Source: Macrostomum lignano | Lineage: Eukaryota | Assembly: GCA_002269645.1 (NCBI GenBank) | Contig: NIVC01000555.1 | Span: forward strand, 1 to 64,000 | Length of the DNA stretch: 64,000 bases | Direction of reading: 5' to 3' | Shown: one piece after another, positions 1-11,368 of the stretch | Layout: every line of letters begins with the position of its first letter | Numbering within the stretch: position 1 is the first letter of the stretch | Made by a program: the position numbers and the translations under genes | Notes under the pieces: model-generated | The model's input: only the letters and a program-made list of their open reading frames with translations | What the model was told of the DNA's origin: nothing | Databases searched by the model: none

Positions 1-382
1 CTTACCAAAAATTTGGATACTAAGTTAATCTCGAACTCGTGATAGACTGTCGGCTGGTATTTACTGCCGTTTTATGGACGTCTCTTTTAGAAGCATCTAT
101 CCACTACCCAAGTCTACCCACGTTATGCTATAAGCCTCAGAAAGATAGAAAGCACTTTGCTTATACGATTGTTTTCGTCTATTAAGGTAAGTGGAATAGG
201 TGAATGTGCATGCACATTTGGTGTTAGTGCATGCATGCTGGAGAGGTACTGTACATTTACTGAACCGTTTTACAAGCCACGTTAAATGGGGCATTCTGTT
301 TTTTAGCTTCTAAGAAAATAAACGCTGAATAAGTGTACGCGCACCGAAAGCAGAGCTGGAGTATGTGGCAATGAATCGCCAG

Positions 383-396
383 GTCACCATGACAAC
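383..396. promoter_or_regulatory. RFX X-box-like motif
   Basis: GTCACCATGACAAC is close to the X-box consensus GTTNCCATGGNAAC. It lies ~90 bp upstream of a minus-strand ATG at 294; any gene would run off the window. Confidence 0.3.
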
Positions 397-2119
397 TGAA
401 CTGTTCAAGTTCGATCCCCGAAGTCAGTAAGAGAAAAATTCTGGCTTTTCAAATGGAAGAAGCAAAGAAACCCACTAGCAGGCACAAATTCACAGTAAAA
501 ATTCACAGTTTAGATGCTTTGGCCAAGTATGATTCTGCAAATGTAATTTTTTAGCAAAGAATGTATTCGAAACAGCTTTTTCGGAATAAAATGACCAGTA
601 AACGTGTGAGCAATTTTTCTCCATTAATTTTGATTTGTATCAATGATTGGTTTCAATTTATTTTTTCTACAGAACAACCCAATACAAATGATTTGTACAA
701 TTAAATGATTTACAAACAGAAAAGAACATTTTGTTGAATAACTAGTGAAGCATTGGCAATTGCAAAAAACAGCGAAAATTATTCTTTTGAGAATAAAAGT
801 GTTAAACAAGTGTTTTTTATTTCGTTGTTAAGCATTATTTTGAACATAAAATAAAATAAATAAATAGAAGATGGAAATAAATAAAGTACGAGCCGTATTT
901 TAGCGCTGCAGAAAGTAGTTACCGCTCTATAAATACTTAACCACATTGATGTCTTATAGCTCTGGGTCGTTCCTTTTTCACCAGTTTTTTATTAAGAAAG
1001 TTTCTATTTTTCACCGGCATTTATGAAGCATACGACGCAGTAGGGTGTTTTCTAGCTACGTAGCCATACTACCAACATAACTCTCGATCATACTCATAGT
1101 AGCCCTCCGACTTAGTGGGAAGCCCAATAAACACGGAAGAAATATAAAGCAATTCGGGACATGGATGCATTGATCCTAATTATAATTTTCTAATTGCAAC
1201 TCAAAGGCACTAATCAAGTTATTGAAAGTCTTTTGCATTGGACATTGGTCCATCTATCTAATTGCAGCTATTTGTTTTCCTGGTATCTTTTTTCTTAATT
1301 GTTAACTGGCATTTCCAAGGCTGGCAGAAGATTATCATTGATTCTAAATGAATCAGCAGTACAAAAGTATATTTACACTGCTGTAAAAGTATAGCTGCTG
1401 TAAAACTACAGCACAATTCTAGTAGGGCGACGAGAATTACCCACACAAACTAAAGTCGTCTGAAGTATTCTACTCATTGTGACATACATTTTGGAAAAAA
1501 ATAATCTCCATGCATCCATTTTTGTACTGCTTATTACCTTAGGTATAAGTACCAGAATGCGATACTTCTGAATTTGAGTCATAATAAATATTTGAAGATC
1601 GGCATCCAAATTTTTTTCTGCGAATCGCAAGTGCAGCGTACGCCCTGATATACTGCTAATTCTTGTTTTGTAAAAGGTTTTCTCTATTCACTCAAATTTT
1701 GGATGCGATAATAATAAAAAATATTATGTAAAACATCTTTATTTGAGGAATAACAGCATGCTTAATTCTGGATCAACACATGTTTTATGGTTTTTCAAAA
1801 AGGAATGTTTGAGCACTTTTTAATTGGTGGTTCTTTAAAATTAGAAAGGACCGGTAACTGAAGTACCGGAAGTTACTATCCTTGGAACCGGAAGTTACTT
1901 AACCTCCGCCTAACACTGTTTAAATAAATAAATAAATAAAATTGTTTCGATCAGGAAAAATGTTGTTAGTAGCTACAATGCCGAGTAATGCAATCAATCG
2001 GTTTACAACTGATCGAGAGAGTCGATGAGTAGAGCTTAGAAAACATGCAAACGTTAAGTAAGTCATATGTCATTTAAAGGCAGCTCGGCTCTCCAAAATC
2101 GCAGAGGCTGATCAAAAAC

Positions 2120-4060
2120 TTACTCAGCAATTTCCTCGTAGCCATTATGATCGTTGCTTTCGTTAATACCTGGGGGCGGCATAATATTTCGTTTCTTCTC
2201 TAGCGGAATACCATTCCTGCTTGATGATTCACTGAGCTCGGAACCTGCGTCCGTGCGGTCCACGGCCGCCTCCAGATAGGCCTCCAGATTGATTTTAATC
2301 ACCTGAAGCTCGGCCGCTTGTTGCTGCGTAGCTTCATTCTGGGACGCCTGGAGCTCTTCCACTTGTTTCTGGATGGCCTGGAGCTGTACTGCTAACTTCT
2401 GAGCTCCCTCATTCTGGGCCACCAGCTTCTGAGTAGTTTCATTCTGGACAGCTTTGAGTTCTTCCACTTGTTTCTGGATGGCCTGGAGCTGTACTGTTAG
2501 CTTCTCAGCTGCCTCATTCTGGACCACCTGCTTCTGAGTAGTATCATTCTGGGCCGCTTGGAGTTCCTCCACTTGTTTCTGGAGCTGGTCCTGAAGCTTT
2601 TGCTCATCACAAAGTCCAAGGTCTACTTCAAGACTTTTGGCTACACTTTCAATATTCATACATGACATCTCCTGAAAATTTTCAAGCTGAGCTCTTAATT
2701 TTTTCTTGGAGGAGACAAGTTTTGCTTTAACTTTCTGAAGTTCCTGCGCCGCTTTCACTAGCTGGCCAACTTCTTTGTATGTATACCACGAAAGACCCAC
2801 GACGGCTGCGATTCCGGCTGCAGCTGGCATTATTGTAGTCGTCACAACAGAAGCAGTTCCAACAACAGCGGCTGCAGAAACTGTCAGAGCAGTCTCAACT
2901 GGCTGAGAAGCTAAAGCTACAGCAGCATTATCGGCAGCAGAAACTGCCAGAGCAGTCTCAACTGGCTGAGAAGCTAAAGCTACAGCAGCATTATCGGCAG
3001 CAGAAACTGCCAGAGCAGTCTCAACTGGCTGAGAAGCTAAAGCTACAGCAGCATTATCGGCAGCAGAAACTGCCAGAGCAGTCTCAACTGGCTGAGAAGC
3101 TAAAGCTACAGCAGCATTATCGGCAGCAGAAACTGTCAGAGCAGTCTCAACTGGCTGAGAAGCTAAAGCTACAGCAGCATTATCGGCAGCAGAAACTGCC
3201 AGAGCAGTCTCAACTGGCTGAGAAGCTAAAGCTACAGCAGCATTATCGGCAGCAGAAACTGCCAGAGCAGTCTCAACTGGCTGAGAAGCTAAAGCTACAG
3301 CAGCATTATCGGCAGCAGAAACTGCCAGAGCAGTCTCAACTGGCTGAGAAGCTACAGCAGTATCAACGGATGTGGCAGCGCAATTTATTAATTTTTCTAC
3401 AGGCGCAGACGAAGAGGTAGCGACTGTTGGATTGGAGCTGCTCGACCAAAAAGTTGAAAAACTCAAAGGCCAAGCAAAGTAGATGTAGCCAATGGTAAAG
3501 GCTGCGAGTGCTGCTGCGCCCCCATATCCCAACCATCGACGCCAACTCGCACGATTTTCTAGGACGTCTTCCTGATCTTGGAGCGCTTTGATGAGCTGCT
3601 CAAGCACTTTGTCTGCTCTTTCTAACTGCTGCTGGAAAAACCTCATTGAGTCCGCGATACCTTCGACAAGAATTTTCGACTCCTGCAGTTTGTTGCTAAT
3701 AACTGCCGCAGTAGTGTTCTTTGTTTGGACGGATTTTCGTGAATCTCTTTTAGAAAATACGGTGAGTTTGAGGTCGGATTCAATTGGCACGTGATGTTGC
3801 TTCATAGCTTTCATACTGGAAGAAATAATCTTAATTTCCTTCACACCGTTCTGTAGATGAAGCAGTAGTTCCTCATAGTTGCCATCTCTTGGTGTACCAG
3901 ATTCTTCTTTTGCAAGTAGCTTCAGCGACTGATATAATTCATCAATAAACTTCTTGGTTTCACTTACAGTCGCAGTTGCTCTGGAGATCTCGCGGTTTTC
4001 GTTATGCACAGCGCGCAAACACTTCTTGAGATTTTTCAACTTTTTTGGATTGTCTGACAT
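2120..4060 (-). CDS. 646-aa single-exon coiled-coil protein with a split hydrophobic hairpin (ClyA/ApoL-like architecture) and internal 21-aa and 35-aa repeats
   Basis: Long open ORF. Heptad-rich N-terminus, WRRWLGYGGAAALAAFTIGYIYFAW at aa ~173-197, 21-aa repeats, a second hydrophobic helix (AAAVVGTASVVTTTIMPAAAGIAAVVGLSW), then a coiled-coil C-terminus. Confidence 0.8.
   Translation of the reverse strand: MSDNPKKLKNLKKCLRAVHNENREISRATATVSETKKFIDELYQSLKLLAKEESGTPRDGNYEELLLHLQNGVKEIKIISSSMKAMKQHHVPIESDLKLTVFSKRDSRKSVQTKNTTAAVISNKLQESKILVEGIADSMRFFQQQLERADKVLEQLIKALQDQEDVLENRASWRRWLGYGGAAALAAFTIGYIYFAWPLSFSTFWSSSSNPTVATSSSAPVEKLINCAATSVDTAVASQPVETALAVSAADNAAVALASQPVETALAVSAADNAAVALASQPVETALAVSAADNAAVALASQPVETALTVSAADNAAVALASQPVETALAVSAADNAAVALASQPVETALAVSAADNAAVALASQPVETALAVSAADNAAVALASQPVETALTVSAAAVVGTASVVTTTIMPAAAGIAAVVGLSWYTYKEVGQLVKAAQELQKVKAKLVSSKKKLRAQLENFQEMSCMNIESVAKSLEVDLGLCDEQKLQDQLQKQVEELQAAQNDTTQKQVVQNEAAEKLTVQLQAIQKQVEELKAVQNETTQKLVAQNEGAQKLAVQLQAIQKQVEELQASQNEATQQQAAELQVIKINLEAYLEAAVDRTDAGSELSESSSRNGIPLEKKRNIMPPPGINESNDHNGYEEIAE
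2315..2585 (-). repeat. Coding ~105-bp (35-aa, 5-heptad) repeat, ~2.6 copies
   Basis: QKQVEEL...QLQAI recurs every 35 aa in the 646-aa ORF. Confidence 0.8.
2874..3353 (-). repeat. Coding 63-bp VNTR (ASQPVETALAVSAADNAAVAL) x~7.6
   Basis: Near-identical 63-bp units. The Ala/Thr variant pattern A,A,A,T,A,A,A,T implies duplication of a 4-unit block. Confidence 0.95.
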
Positions 4061-4230
4061 GTCATCAAACGTCAGCAGTTAGTAGCTTCAGTAATAGTAA
4101 CAATTTTTTAACTTAGCTTATTTATACTTATTTATAATTAAAAATTATGTAGATTTATTAGTTAAAAACTCTGAAATCGTGTAGGCATTCCGATGAAGCA
4201 ACCTTTCTGTAAAAAAGTTACTTATTTTAG

Positions 4231-4325
4231 CGGATTTTCCTCGGCAATTCCATGGAAAAGCCTCTGCGCAGAAAGGAGTCGCGGTGAAATTTCCGCGGCA
4301 ATTCCGCAGGCTTTTTCTGGAAAAG
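4231..4325. promoter_or_regulatory. Cluster of Rel-family (kB/NFAT)-like motifs upstream of the 646-aa gene
   Basis: GGATTTTCC, GGCAATTCC x2, GAAATTTCC and TGGAAAAG x2 within ~95 bp. Confidence 0.3.
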
Positions 4326-5506
4326 CACACATTGAACAAGTTTTTTCATCATGCATATGCCACGCTGCTAATGCTTTTTGTCTCCTAAATCTCTTTGTTA
4401 AGACAAAGGGGGCAATGCAGACAAAATCTTCCGCGCGACAAAAATGCACTGCAGGAAAAAAACATTGCATTGGGAAAAAGTCGGTGGGAAAAACTGGGCG
4501 GGCAATTCGCTCGCGGGCAAATCTCCTGCGGGCTAATCATCTGGGGGCGATTCTGGTGCTTCCAGAATAAAGTCTGACTGTGCAAAAAACAAACGTTATT
4601 TACGAGTTTATTGTTTAGACACGAGAAACTTTCTCAGTCTATAGGAGGTCTACATAAAGAAGACCGTTAACTGGATATATATGTATGAAGCTCCTGATAT
4701 CAATTTCGAAGAAAAGGACCTTTATCATCACAACATGTCTCTTTAAGTTCTGACAATGGTAGATTGTGTAGCACATAACTGCCGAATTAAGTGAGTAATC
4801 ACGATATACATGTATATTGTGTTAAATTACTTCTTGCCAATACGCGCTCACGAGCCGTTTAAGCGGGCTTTTAGCGTTTAATGCACGCTGGATCGTACAT
4901 GTATTACAATGCATAAATATATGAGCTATTACACGCTGACAAGGACTATAGACACTTGTGAGCTTCTGCTTTTTATGCTTTTACCATAGCCCAAGCGCAA
5001 GCCGCTAGCCCAGTTACGATTGAAACCGTAGTGTTTTTTGCAAGGTTGCTAGGGCAGGACGAATTGTCTTGGTCGAATCTCTGCAGTTCCGCCCTGTGAC
5101 TTCTGAAGTCAACAACCGTGATGAGCCGCGTCTTTACTGGCGCCCCTGCACCCAGTACTGAGTGCAAACACAACACAAAATGCACTGTTCTTAGCTTGTA
5201 GAAGAGTCCGTGCGGGGTATAATGCCCAGCCCACAGTTTACAAGCCTAATGCATGAATACCAGAACAGCGCGCGACTGAAAATGAATTCAGACTATATTG
5301 TTTATCAGATCTTTAACTAGATTACGCTTATCTTAAATGTACAGAAAATAGTTTTCTTTCCTTCAGCGGAGTTAATTTAATTTGATATATATTGTCTATC
5401 GCAGCCATTTTAAAGTTACAGAACAGATTAAGTAAAATAAATTGATATCCGGGTGTACTCTGTAAGCTGAACTTGCAACACCTAGGCTTGAAACAATCAA
5501 GCGACA

Positions 5507-6478
5507 ATGTCCAATCAAAGTGAGGCATCGGCTGAGATGGCAAAAAATCTGGCATGCTGGAGCATAGTGCTGGACGCCACTCACAAGGTCGCCGAAGCTG
5601 TCAGGCAGATGGAGACGATAAAAGAAGGCCTACAGGACCTTCACGTCCGATGCGAGCAAATAACGGAGCTCGATTCGATTAGTTTCCAACTAGGCAAGGA
5701 GAAGCTCAAAGAATGCAAGACGAAAATCGACGAGCTAAGCCGAACTGGAGTTCCGCTGAAGGAACAGCATCAGTTTGTTGAGAAGTGCCTGACGCGGATG
5801 ATCAAATCTGGCAAGATCACGGAAGCCGACGTCAGTGAAATTCAGACTCAGCTGGACAACTCTATTGCCATCTCGAAGCAGCACCTGGAGGAGATGAAGA
5901 AGTTCCTAGTTAGCATGGAGAAGCTACGGGAGTTTTTCTCTAGCACAATCGCCGAGGTCGAGAAGGAGTCAAGCGAGTCCGACAAAAAAGCTACGAATTG
6001 GAAACGGTGGGGCTACGGCCTAGCCACGGCATTGTCTGGAGTTGCTGCCATCCTTGGCCTCTCCTGCAGTTTCATTGCTGCTGCAGCTGGTGGAGCTACT
6101 GCCTTGGGAGTTACAGCATTCGGGACGGCTTACGTAACCAAACTGAGCTCCAGCGAGCTGACAAAGAAAGCGGGGGTGCTCAGTGAGGCTGCTGCCGCTC
6201 TCCAGACCTGCCACCGCGCACTCGAAGCCCTGGAGCGGCAGGCGCGCCTGGGACCGATCTCGCTCAACGAGGAGCTCATCGACTCACTGCAACACGTGCT
6301 CCAAGTTTACAGCATGGTGCACAAGAGAGACCAGGAGATTGACCAGCTCAGGCTGGAAAACATCCAACTGGCGGCAGAACGCGAGCTAATCATAACCAAG
6401 GAGCGAGAAAAAGACGAAGAGATGAAGAGTCTTAAGATGGAGCTGGCCAGACTCAGGTCACGAGACGATTCGTCCTGA
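5507..6478 (+). CDS. 323-aa single-exon coiled-coil protein with a central hydrophobic hairpin (ClyA/ApoL-like architecture)
   Basis: Open ORF with GC3-rich codons. WKRWGYGLATALSGVAAILGLSCSFIAAAAGGATALGVTAFGTAY at aa ~165-209 is flanked by heptad repeats. Divergent from the 646-aa gene. Confidence 0.82.
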   Translation: MSNQSEASAEMAKNLACWSIVLDATHKVAEAVRQMETIKEGLQDLHVRCEQITELDSISFQLGKEKLKECKTKIDELSRTGVPLKEQHQFVEKCLTRMIKSGKITEADVSEIQTQLDNSIAISKQHLEEMKKFLVSMEKLREFFSSTIAEVEKESSESDKKATNWKRWGYGLATALSGVAAILGLSCSFIAAAAGGATALGVTAFGTAYVTKLSSSELTKKAGVLSEAAAALQTCHRALEALERQARLGPISLNEELIDSLQHVLQVYSMVHKRDQEIDQLRLENIQLAAERELIITKEREKDEEMKSLKMELARLRSRDDSS

Positions 6479-7569
6479 CAAATATACTTCGCAGTTTGGT
6501 ACCTTGCCGCCGTGTTGACTGTAATTAAGGGCGTTTAAACTACGTAGTGGATCCTTACTCACTATTTTACTACTTAAATGTACTCTTAACCCTTTGGAAG
6601 CAATTTTATTTATGAGCATTAGCTAGATTTCCCTGCATTCAATCAATTTTCGAATATTACCCAATATTCATTATAGGGGGATTACAAAGTCAGAATCAAC
6701 AAACTTAGCAACCAATAGAAATTGATCAAGGGGAAATTACTCCTGATTTTGAGGAACCCTTCTTATTTGTTCATCCATATGCTAGCAAAATTCCCACATT
6801 TATAATTGATTCTATTTGGTGTACTAATTACTCGTACATTAAATATGACTATTACTGACAGATACTAAAAATAACGCCAGGATATGTATACCTCGCAATT
6901 AAAGCTGCGAAAAAAGTAGAGCGTCTACTATTTTCAGTATTTTGTCTGCCCAGTGTCGCCAAAATTTAATGTGGCAGTAAAAATTTCCTTGCCTTTCTCG
7001 GGGTTTGCGGCCTCAGGAGCATATGGGGGTTAACCCCCCCCCCCCCCCAACACTGATGGCACGCCAGGCGTGCCATGGGTCTCATTTAACCATACACTGA
7101 GAATACGTGTCTATGGCCTAGATGGTTTAGCATAAACTAGCAATCTAGTGCGGCCCCCCTTCGGGGCGCCCAATAAGAAAGGAGCAAAAATAGTTCATGA
7201 AAAACAATAAAAAAGCACACCAATTCCTTCTTCACTTTTAAAAATCACCTTATTCGTCTAAAATTGTCACGGACAAAGATGTTTGCAAAGTGAAAGAATC
7301 ACTTTTTCTCTAAAGTTAACAAACAGACAACAAAATATAGCTTTCCCTAAATAGAAAATATTCCATGCTATTTTTTTGTAATTTTTTACCTACATATTTG
7401 ACTGCAAGTACAGGATAGATAGCAAAAACTTTAAAAAAGGACAACAACAAAACAAAAACAATTAGGTAAAAAATATTTAATGCATTGATGAGGCATTAAG
7501 GAGGAGCGTTTTGAATTTCATATTCTGAACGTAATTAAGTTTTACACCGTACCACCAGTGCAACTACTG

Positions 7570-9275
7570 TGCTGCTGCAGTGTGCCAATTCTGAAAGCAT
7601 GGGACGGCACACAGCCCGGGCTCTCCTGCGCAACCAGCGCATACGAACACCGTTCTCTTGGCCACACCATTGCTGTAGCAGACTCTGCATTGCTTTGTCG
7701 GCCTCGCATTGGCATCTGTCGGCAGCAGCTTTGATGGCGCGTGCTATGAGACGGCCCTGCTCTTCGGTGTATTCAGACGTTTGCCCCGGCCTGTCTGCTC
7801 CATGAGAGTGCGGATCGCAGCTTCCAAAAGTTCAACGAATTTGATATCGCTTCCTCCTTGGCAGTTGCAGATCCAGGCATTGCGAACCAACTGAAGCAAA
7901 ATGTGGAACCCGAGCTTCTGGTGCCATCTGTAGGTTCTTCTCCCCGCACTGTAAGGCTGCAGTGCTGAATCAAGGCGATCAAAGCCTCCCATGTTCTTAT
8001 TGTACTGCAGAACGAATTCGGCTTTAAAACTGACTCCTCCGCTCCGCCTCGGATCATTCGCCTCACTTCCGTGCTTTCAGCAACACCGTGCGTGCCCAAC
8101 AGGTACACAGTTTTGCGACCGCTTGCCTTCCTGTCTACCAGCTTGACTCCGAGAACATCGCCGCGGCGCATCTGGGAGTGACTGATGGGTTGCAGGGGCA
8201 GCAATTTCAGCTCATTCGGCGCACCTCAATTGGGCCTCACCGTCCCAGTCAGTAAAGTACTGCGTTCCAGCAGAAACTGCGCCAGACGGAGCGATGTGAA
8301 CCAGCTGTCACAGAAGACCTTGTCCCCAGGTCCAGCAAATTTTTACTCAATTCGACGATCTTCTCGCTCATCGACAAACTCCCGCAGTTTAATATATCTC
8401 CAAACTTGTCGTTATCCTGCTTAGCAGCATGTAAGTCGTACATGAAAGTTCCACAGAAAACCTGTCGAAGCTTTCGTCAAGCAGTAGACCTTGATGCCGA
8501 ATCTGGCACGCTTGTTGGGCATGAACCAACATGAGCCTGCCCTTGTACTTGACCAGTTCTTCATCGACAGACACCTCTTGACTTGGGCTGTAATTTGCTT
8601 GGCAAATATTGCAGGCAATATTAAGAAAAGGTCTAATCTTTTTCAAGGAGTCCTGGTGGTTGACGGTGGTGCAGTCGTAAAATCGAAGGCATGATCATAT
8701 CTGCACAAACCGATCCCTTCCAAGGCAATGTTCTTTCTGTGAGTTCTTACAAGTTCTTACAAGTTCTTACAAGCCATTCGCCACCGTAGAAGTCACCCGT
8801 GGACCAGTAACATGTGCATTTCGGGCTTCTTCACAAGACCCATGTACAGAACGATTGCTAGAGACTTCTTCACCTCATTGTCGGTACACGGTCTCCAAGT
8901 TGATAGCAAATTGGGAAGAGATCCATCCTGATCTTCAGCTGTTGAAGCTCCATGTCAGCTCGGGCGTTGGTCCAGATGCGAATGGCAGACACCAGATCAG
9001 CGGTGAGAAAGTGCTGCAGATAGAATTGCACCTGGGCCCATTTTACCTTCAGAAGCTTGTGCTTGAATGTCTGGGTTCAGGCCAGGCACAGCGAGGAATT
9101 CGGGCAGATCGCTGAGACGCGAATCTTCACCATATTGAGCAGCTGTCCATTCTTTCTCGTTGACAAACTCGACTCTATGCTCCGCATTACTCATGGTTCT
9201 GGATTACTCTCACCATCTTCCTCGTCCAGCAACTCTCCATCGACACTCACATATTCACTGTCGCTGCCATCGTTG
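7570..9275 (-). pseudogene. Frameshifted piggyBac (PGBD4-like) transposase
   Basis: Fragments in different frames: acidic N-terminus NDGSDSEYVSVDGELLDEED, WRPCTDNEVKKSLAIVLYMGL, SVDEELVKYKGR, MPNKRARFGIKVY, VFCDSWFTS, YNKNMGGFDRLD, RRTYRWHQKL and C-terminal PGLCAVPCFQNWH. Confidence 0.9.
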
Positions 9276-9285
9276 GTGAAAACAG

Positions 9286-10989
9286 ACAACAACAACAACA
9301 ACAAATTACGCGCCAGGGTCGGTGTTGGGCGTCACAGGTCGCGCCTCAGAGCACGGGAGCGGAGAAAGGCCGGTCCACCGGCCTGGTCGGGGGCGCCAGC
9401 ATCGGCCAGCAGGCAGTCCGGATACCGCCGAGTGCGCGCCTGCCCCCGCCGGAAGGGCGCCGGGAGCGCAGGCAGCAGCGTCTCCTGCGCCGGCTCGGGG
9501 CAGTACGCCTCAGCGCGGATGAGGTGGCCTGCCAGCTGGAGCCGCCGGCGGCGGAGCAGATCGCTGGGGCGGGCCAGGCGAGCTCGGGCGTACAGCGCCG
9601 CGTTAATGACATGCTCGCCGCCGCCGATCTTGAAGGCCTGTCGCTCGAGCGTCTCCGTCAGCGTCCATGTTTCAGCGTTGTAGAGCAGGACGGTCTCGAT
9701 CACCGCCTGGAACAACGCCGAGCGCTGGCGGTCTGGCAGGGCCGCAGAGTGCAGGACGGTCCTCATGGAGTTGAAGGCCGCCCAAGCGAGTCCACGGCGA
9801 CGCCTCAGGTCGTCGAAGGCGTCAGGTACCAGGCCGCCGAGGTACACGAACTGCTGAACGCGCGGCAGCAGCGTTGCCTGCCCATCAGCGCCTCGGCAGT
9901 AGATGTCGGCTTGGATGTTGGTGGGCATGGTGAGCACGACGGTCTTTTGCGTGTTGATCACCAGGCCGACGCTCGCAGCAACGCCAACCAGACGGTCCAG
10001 CTGACGTTGGGCGCCCTCGACGGTTGAGGACAGCAGGGCGAGATCATCGGCGTAGCCCAGGATGCTGAGGCGACGCTCCGGCTGGCGGCGGCCCACACGG
10101 CGTTGCAGGAGGAAGCCATCGTCGGCTGTTGGTAGGGCAGTCCGCAGCACCCAGTCCAGAACCAGTACAAACAGGAAGGGCGCCAGCGTGTCCCCCTGGA
10201 GCACTCCGGATGACGTGTCGAAGGTGTCCGAGAGGCCGTCTGGCGTCACCACCGCAGCTCTGGTGTTCTGGTACAGCGCCATCGTAGCACTGACCAGTTG
10301 CTGCGGCACGTTGTACGCTCTGAGCACCAGTGGAAGCGCGCTTCTGGCAACCGAGTCGAAAGCCTTCCTGAAGTCGACGAAGACCACGATCATGCTTGAC
10401 TGGCGCGTACGCGCCTCCTCGATGACTCGCCGAAGGGCCAGGATCTGCGTAACAGTGCCGCGTCTTGGCCAGAACCCGTTCTGCTCGGTCCGCAGATAGG
10501 GATCCAGCACGGGCTGCAACCGGGTAAGCAGGAGCCGGTTGAACAGCTTCGCGGCGATGGACATTAGGCAGATGCCTCGATGTTCCTCCAGCTTGGTGGT
10601 GCCAGGCTTCTTTGGTATGCTGACGATGTGTGCCATGGTCCATTCGGTAGGTGCTGGACCTCCGGCAAGCACGCTGTTGATCACACGGGTGACCTCAGTG
10701 GCCACGCAGTTGATGCGCAGCGCCTCGATTGGCACTTCGTCTGGACCCAGCGCCGTGCCACCCGGGGTCTTAAAGGCGAGGGTAACAACATCGGCAGGGG
10801 TGACTGGACTGGTGTTGAACTGCTCCACCGTTGGCACTGGTGTTTCAGGCGGCAGTTGCAGATCAGCTGGCAGCGTGGGCGGCGGCGGTGCATTGACGAT
10901 GGCGGCGAAGAACGTGCGCAGACTGTTCTTAGGCTCGTCCGGGGTGTCGCCTGCCAGGTTGAGCGCCGCCCGCTGATGACACGGTGATC
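9286..10989 (-). mobile_element. 5'-truncated RTE-clade-like non-LTR retrotransposon
   Basis: 10-bp TSD GTGAAAACAG at 9276-9285 and 10990-10999, a (TTG)n 3' tail at 9286-9304, and RT motifs DFRKAFDSV, GVLQGDTLAP, YADD and YLG. No endonuclease domain is present. Confidence 0.92.
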
Positions 10990-11047
10990 GTGAAAACAGG
11001 GAACCTTCCATAATTGCAATTGCGGCCTCGTCAATGCTGTTAGCCAT
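9332..11047 (-). CDS. 571-aa chimeric ORF: 19 N-terminal codons from the piggyBac transposase plus a non-LTR reverse transcriptase
   Basis: The ATG at 11047 (MANSIDEAAIAIMEGSLFS) lies outside the TSD-defined insert, and the frame stays open through the whole RT domain. Confidence 0.6.
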   Translation of the reverse strand: MANSIDEAAIAIMEGSLFSRSPCHQRAALNLAGDTPDEPKNSLRTFFAAIVNAPPPPTLPADLQLPPETPVPTVEQFNTSPVTPADVVTLAFKTPGGTALGPDEVPIEALRINCVATEVTRVINSVLAGGPAPTEWTMAHIVSIPKKPGTTKLEEHRGICLMSIAAKLFNRLLLTRLQPVLDPYLRTEQNGFWPRRGTVTQILALRRVIEEARTRQSSMIVVFVDFRKAFDSVARSALPLVLRAYNVPQQLVSATMALYQNTRAAVVTPDGLSDTFDTSSGVLQGDTLAPFLFVLVLDWVLRTALPTADDGFLLQRRVGRRQPERRLSILGYADDLALLSSTVEGAQRQLDRLVGVAASVGLVINTQKTVVLTMPTNIQADIYCRGADGQATLLPRVQQFVYLGGLVPDAFDDLRRRRGLAWAAFNSMRTVLHSAALPDRQRSALFQAVIETVLLYNAETWTLTETLERQAFKIGGGEHVINAALYARARLARPSDLLRRRRLQLAGHLIRAEAYCPEPAQETLLPALPAPFRRGQARTRRYPDCLLADAGAPDQAGGPAFLRSRALRRDL

Positions 11048-11368
11048 TTTAAGTCTCGCGAGAGTTGACTTAATTATACAGTAAAGTTCGACAAGTTTGT
11101 GTTATCAGGAAAAATTTGCTGCATGATTCTGAACTGTTTTTACAATAGACAGTTTTAAAATAAACTGTAGCCGTAAATTGACACAGTGCTCTGTGGTAGT
11201 GGGAAAGAGATTGAAGCCCCATGGTATGCGTGGCGTGCCATCCTTCAATAGTGACTGTTTTTCGAAAAAAGCTACTGGTTTTAAGAATTAGCAACAAGCA
11301 TTCAACTCGATGTACACAAGTCAACACAGGACTGACGAAACTCAGCCTAAGGGGGGGGGGGCAGGTCC

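Larger units (their letters stand above)
7030..11242 (-). mobile_element. Decayed piggyBac-family DNA transposon containing a nested RTE insertion
   Basis: TTAACCC at 7030. 25-bp subterminal inverted repeat at 7055-7079 and 11218-11242 (3 mismatches). Transposase remnants inside. The right terminus is not resolved. Confidence 0.85.

Noticed and set aside
9057-10987. Several + strand and alternative-frame ORFs over the RT
   Set aside because: Shadow ORFs caused by the high GC content of the RT coding sequence.
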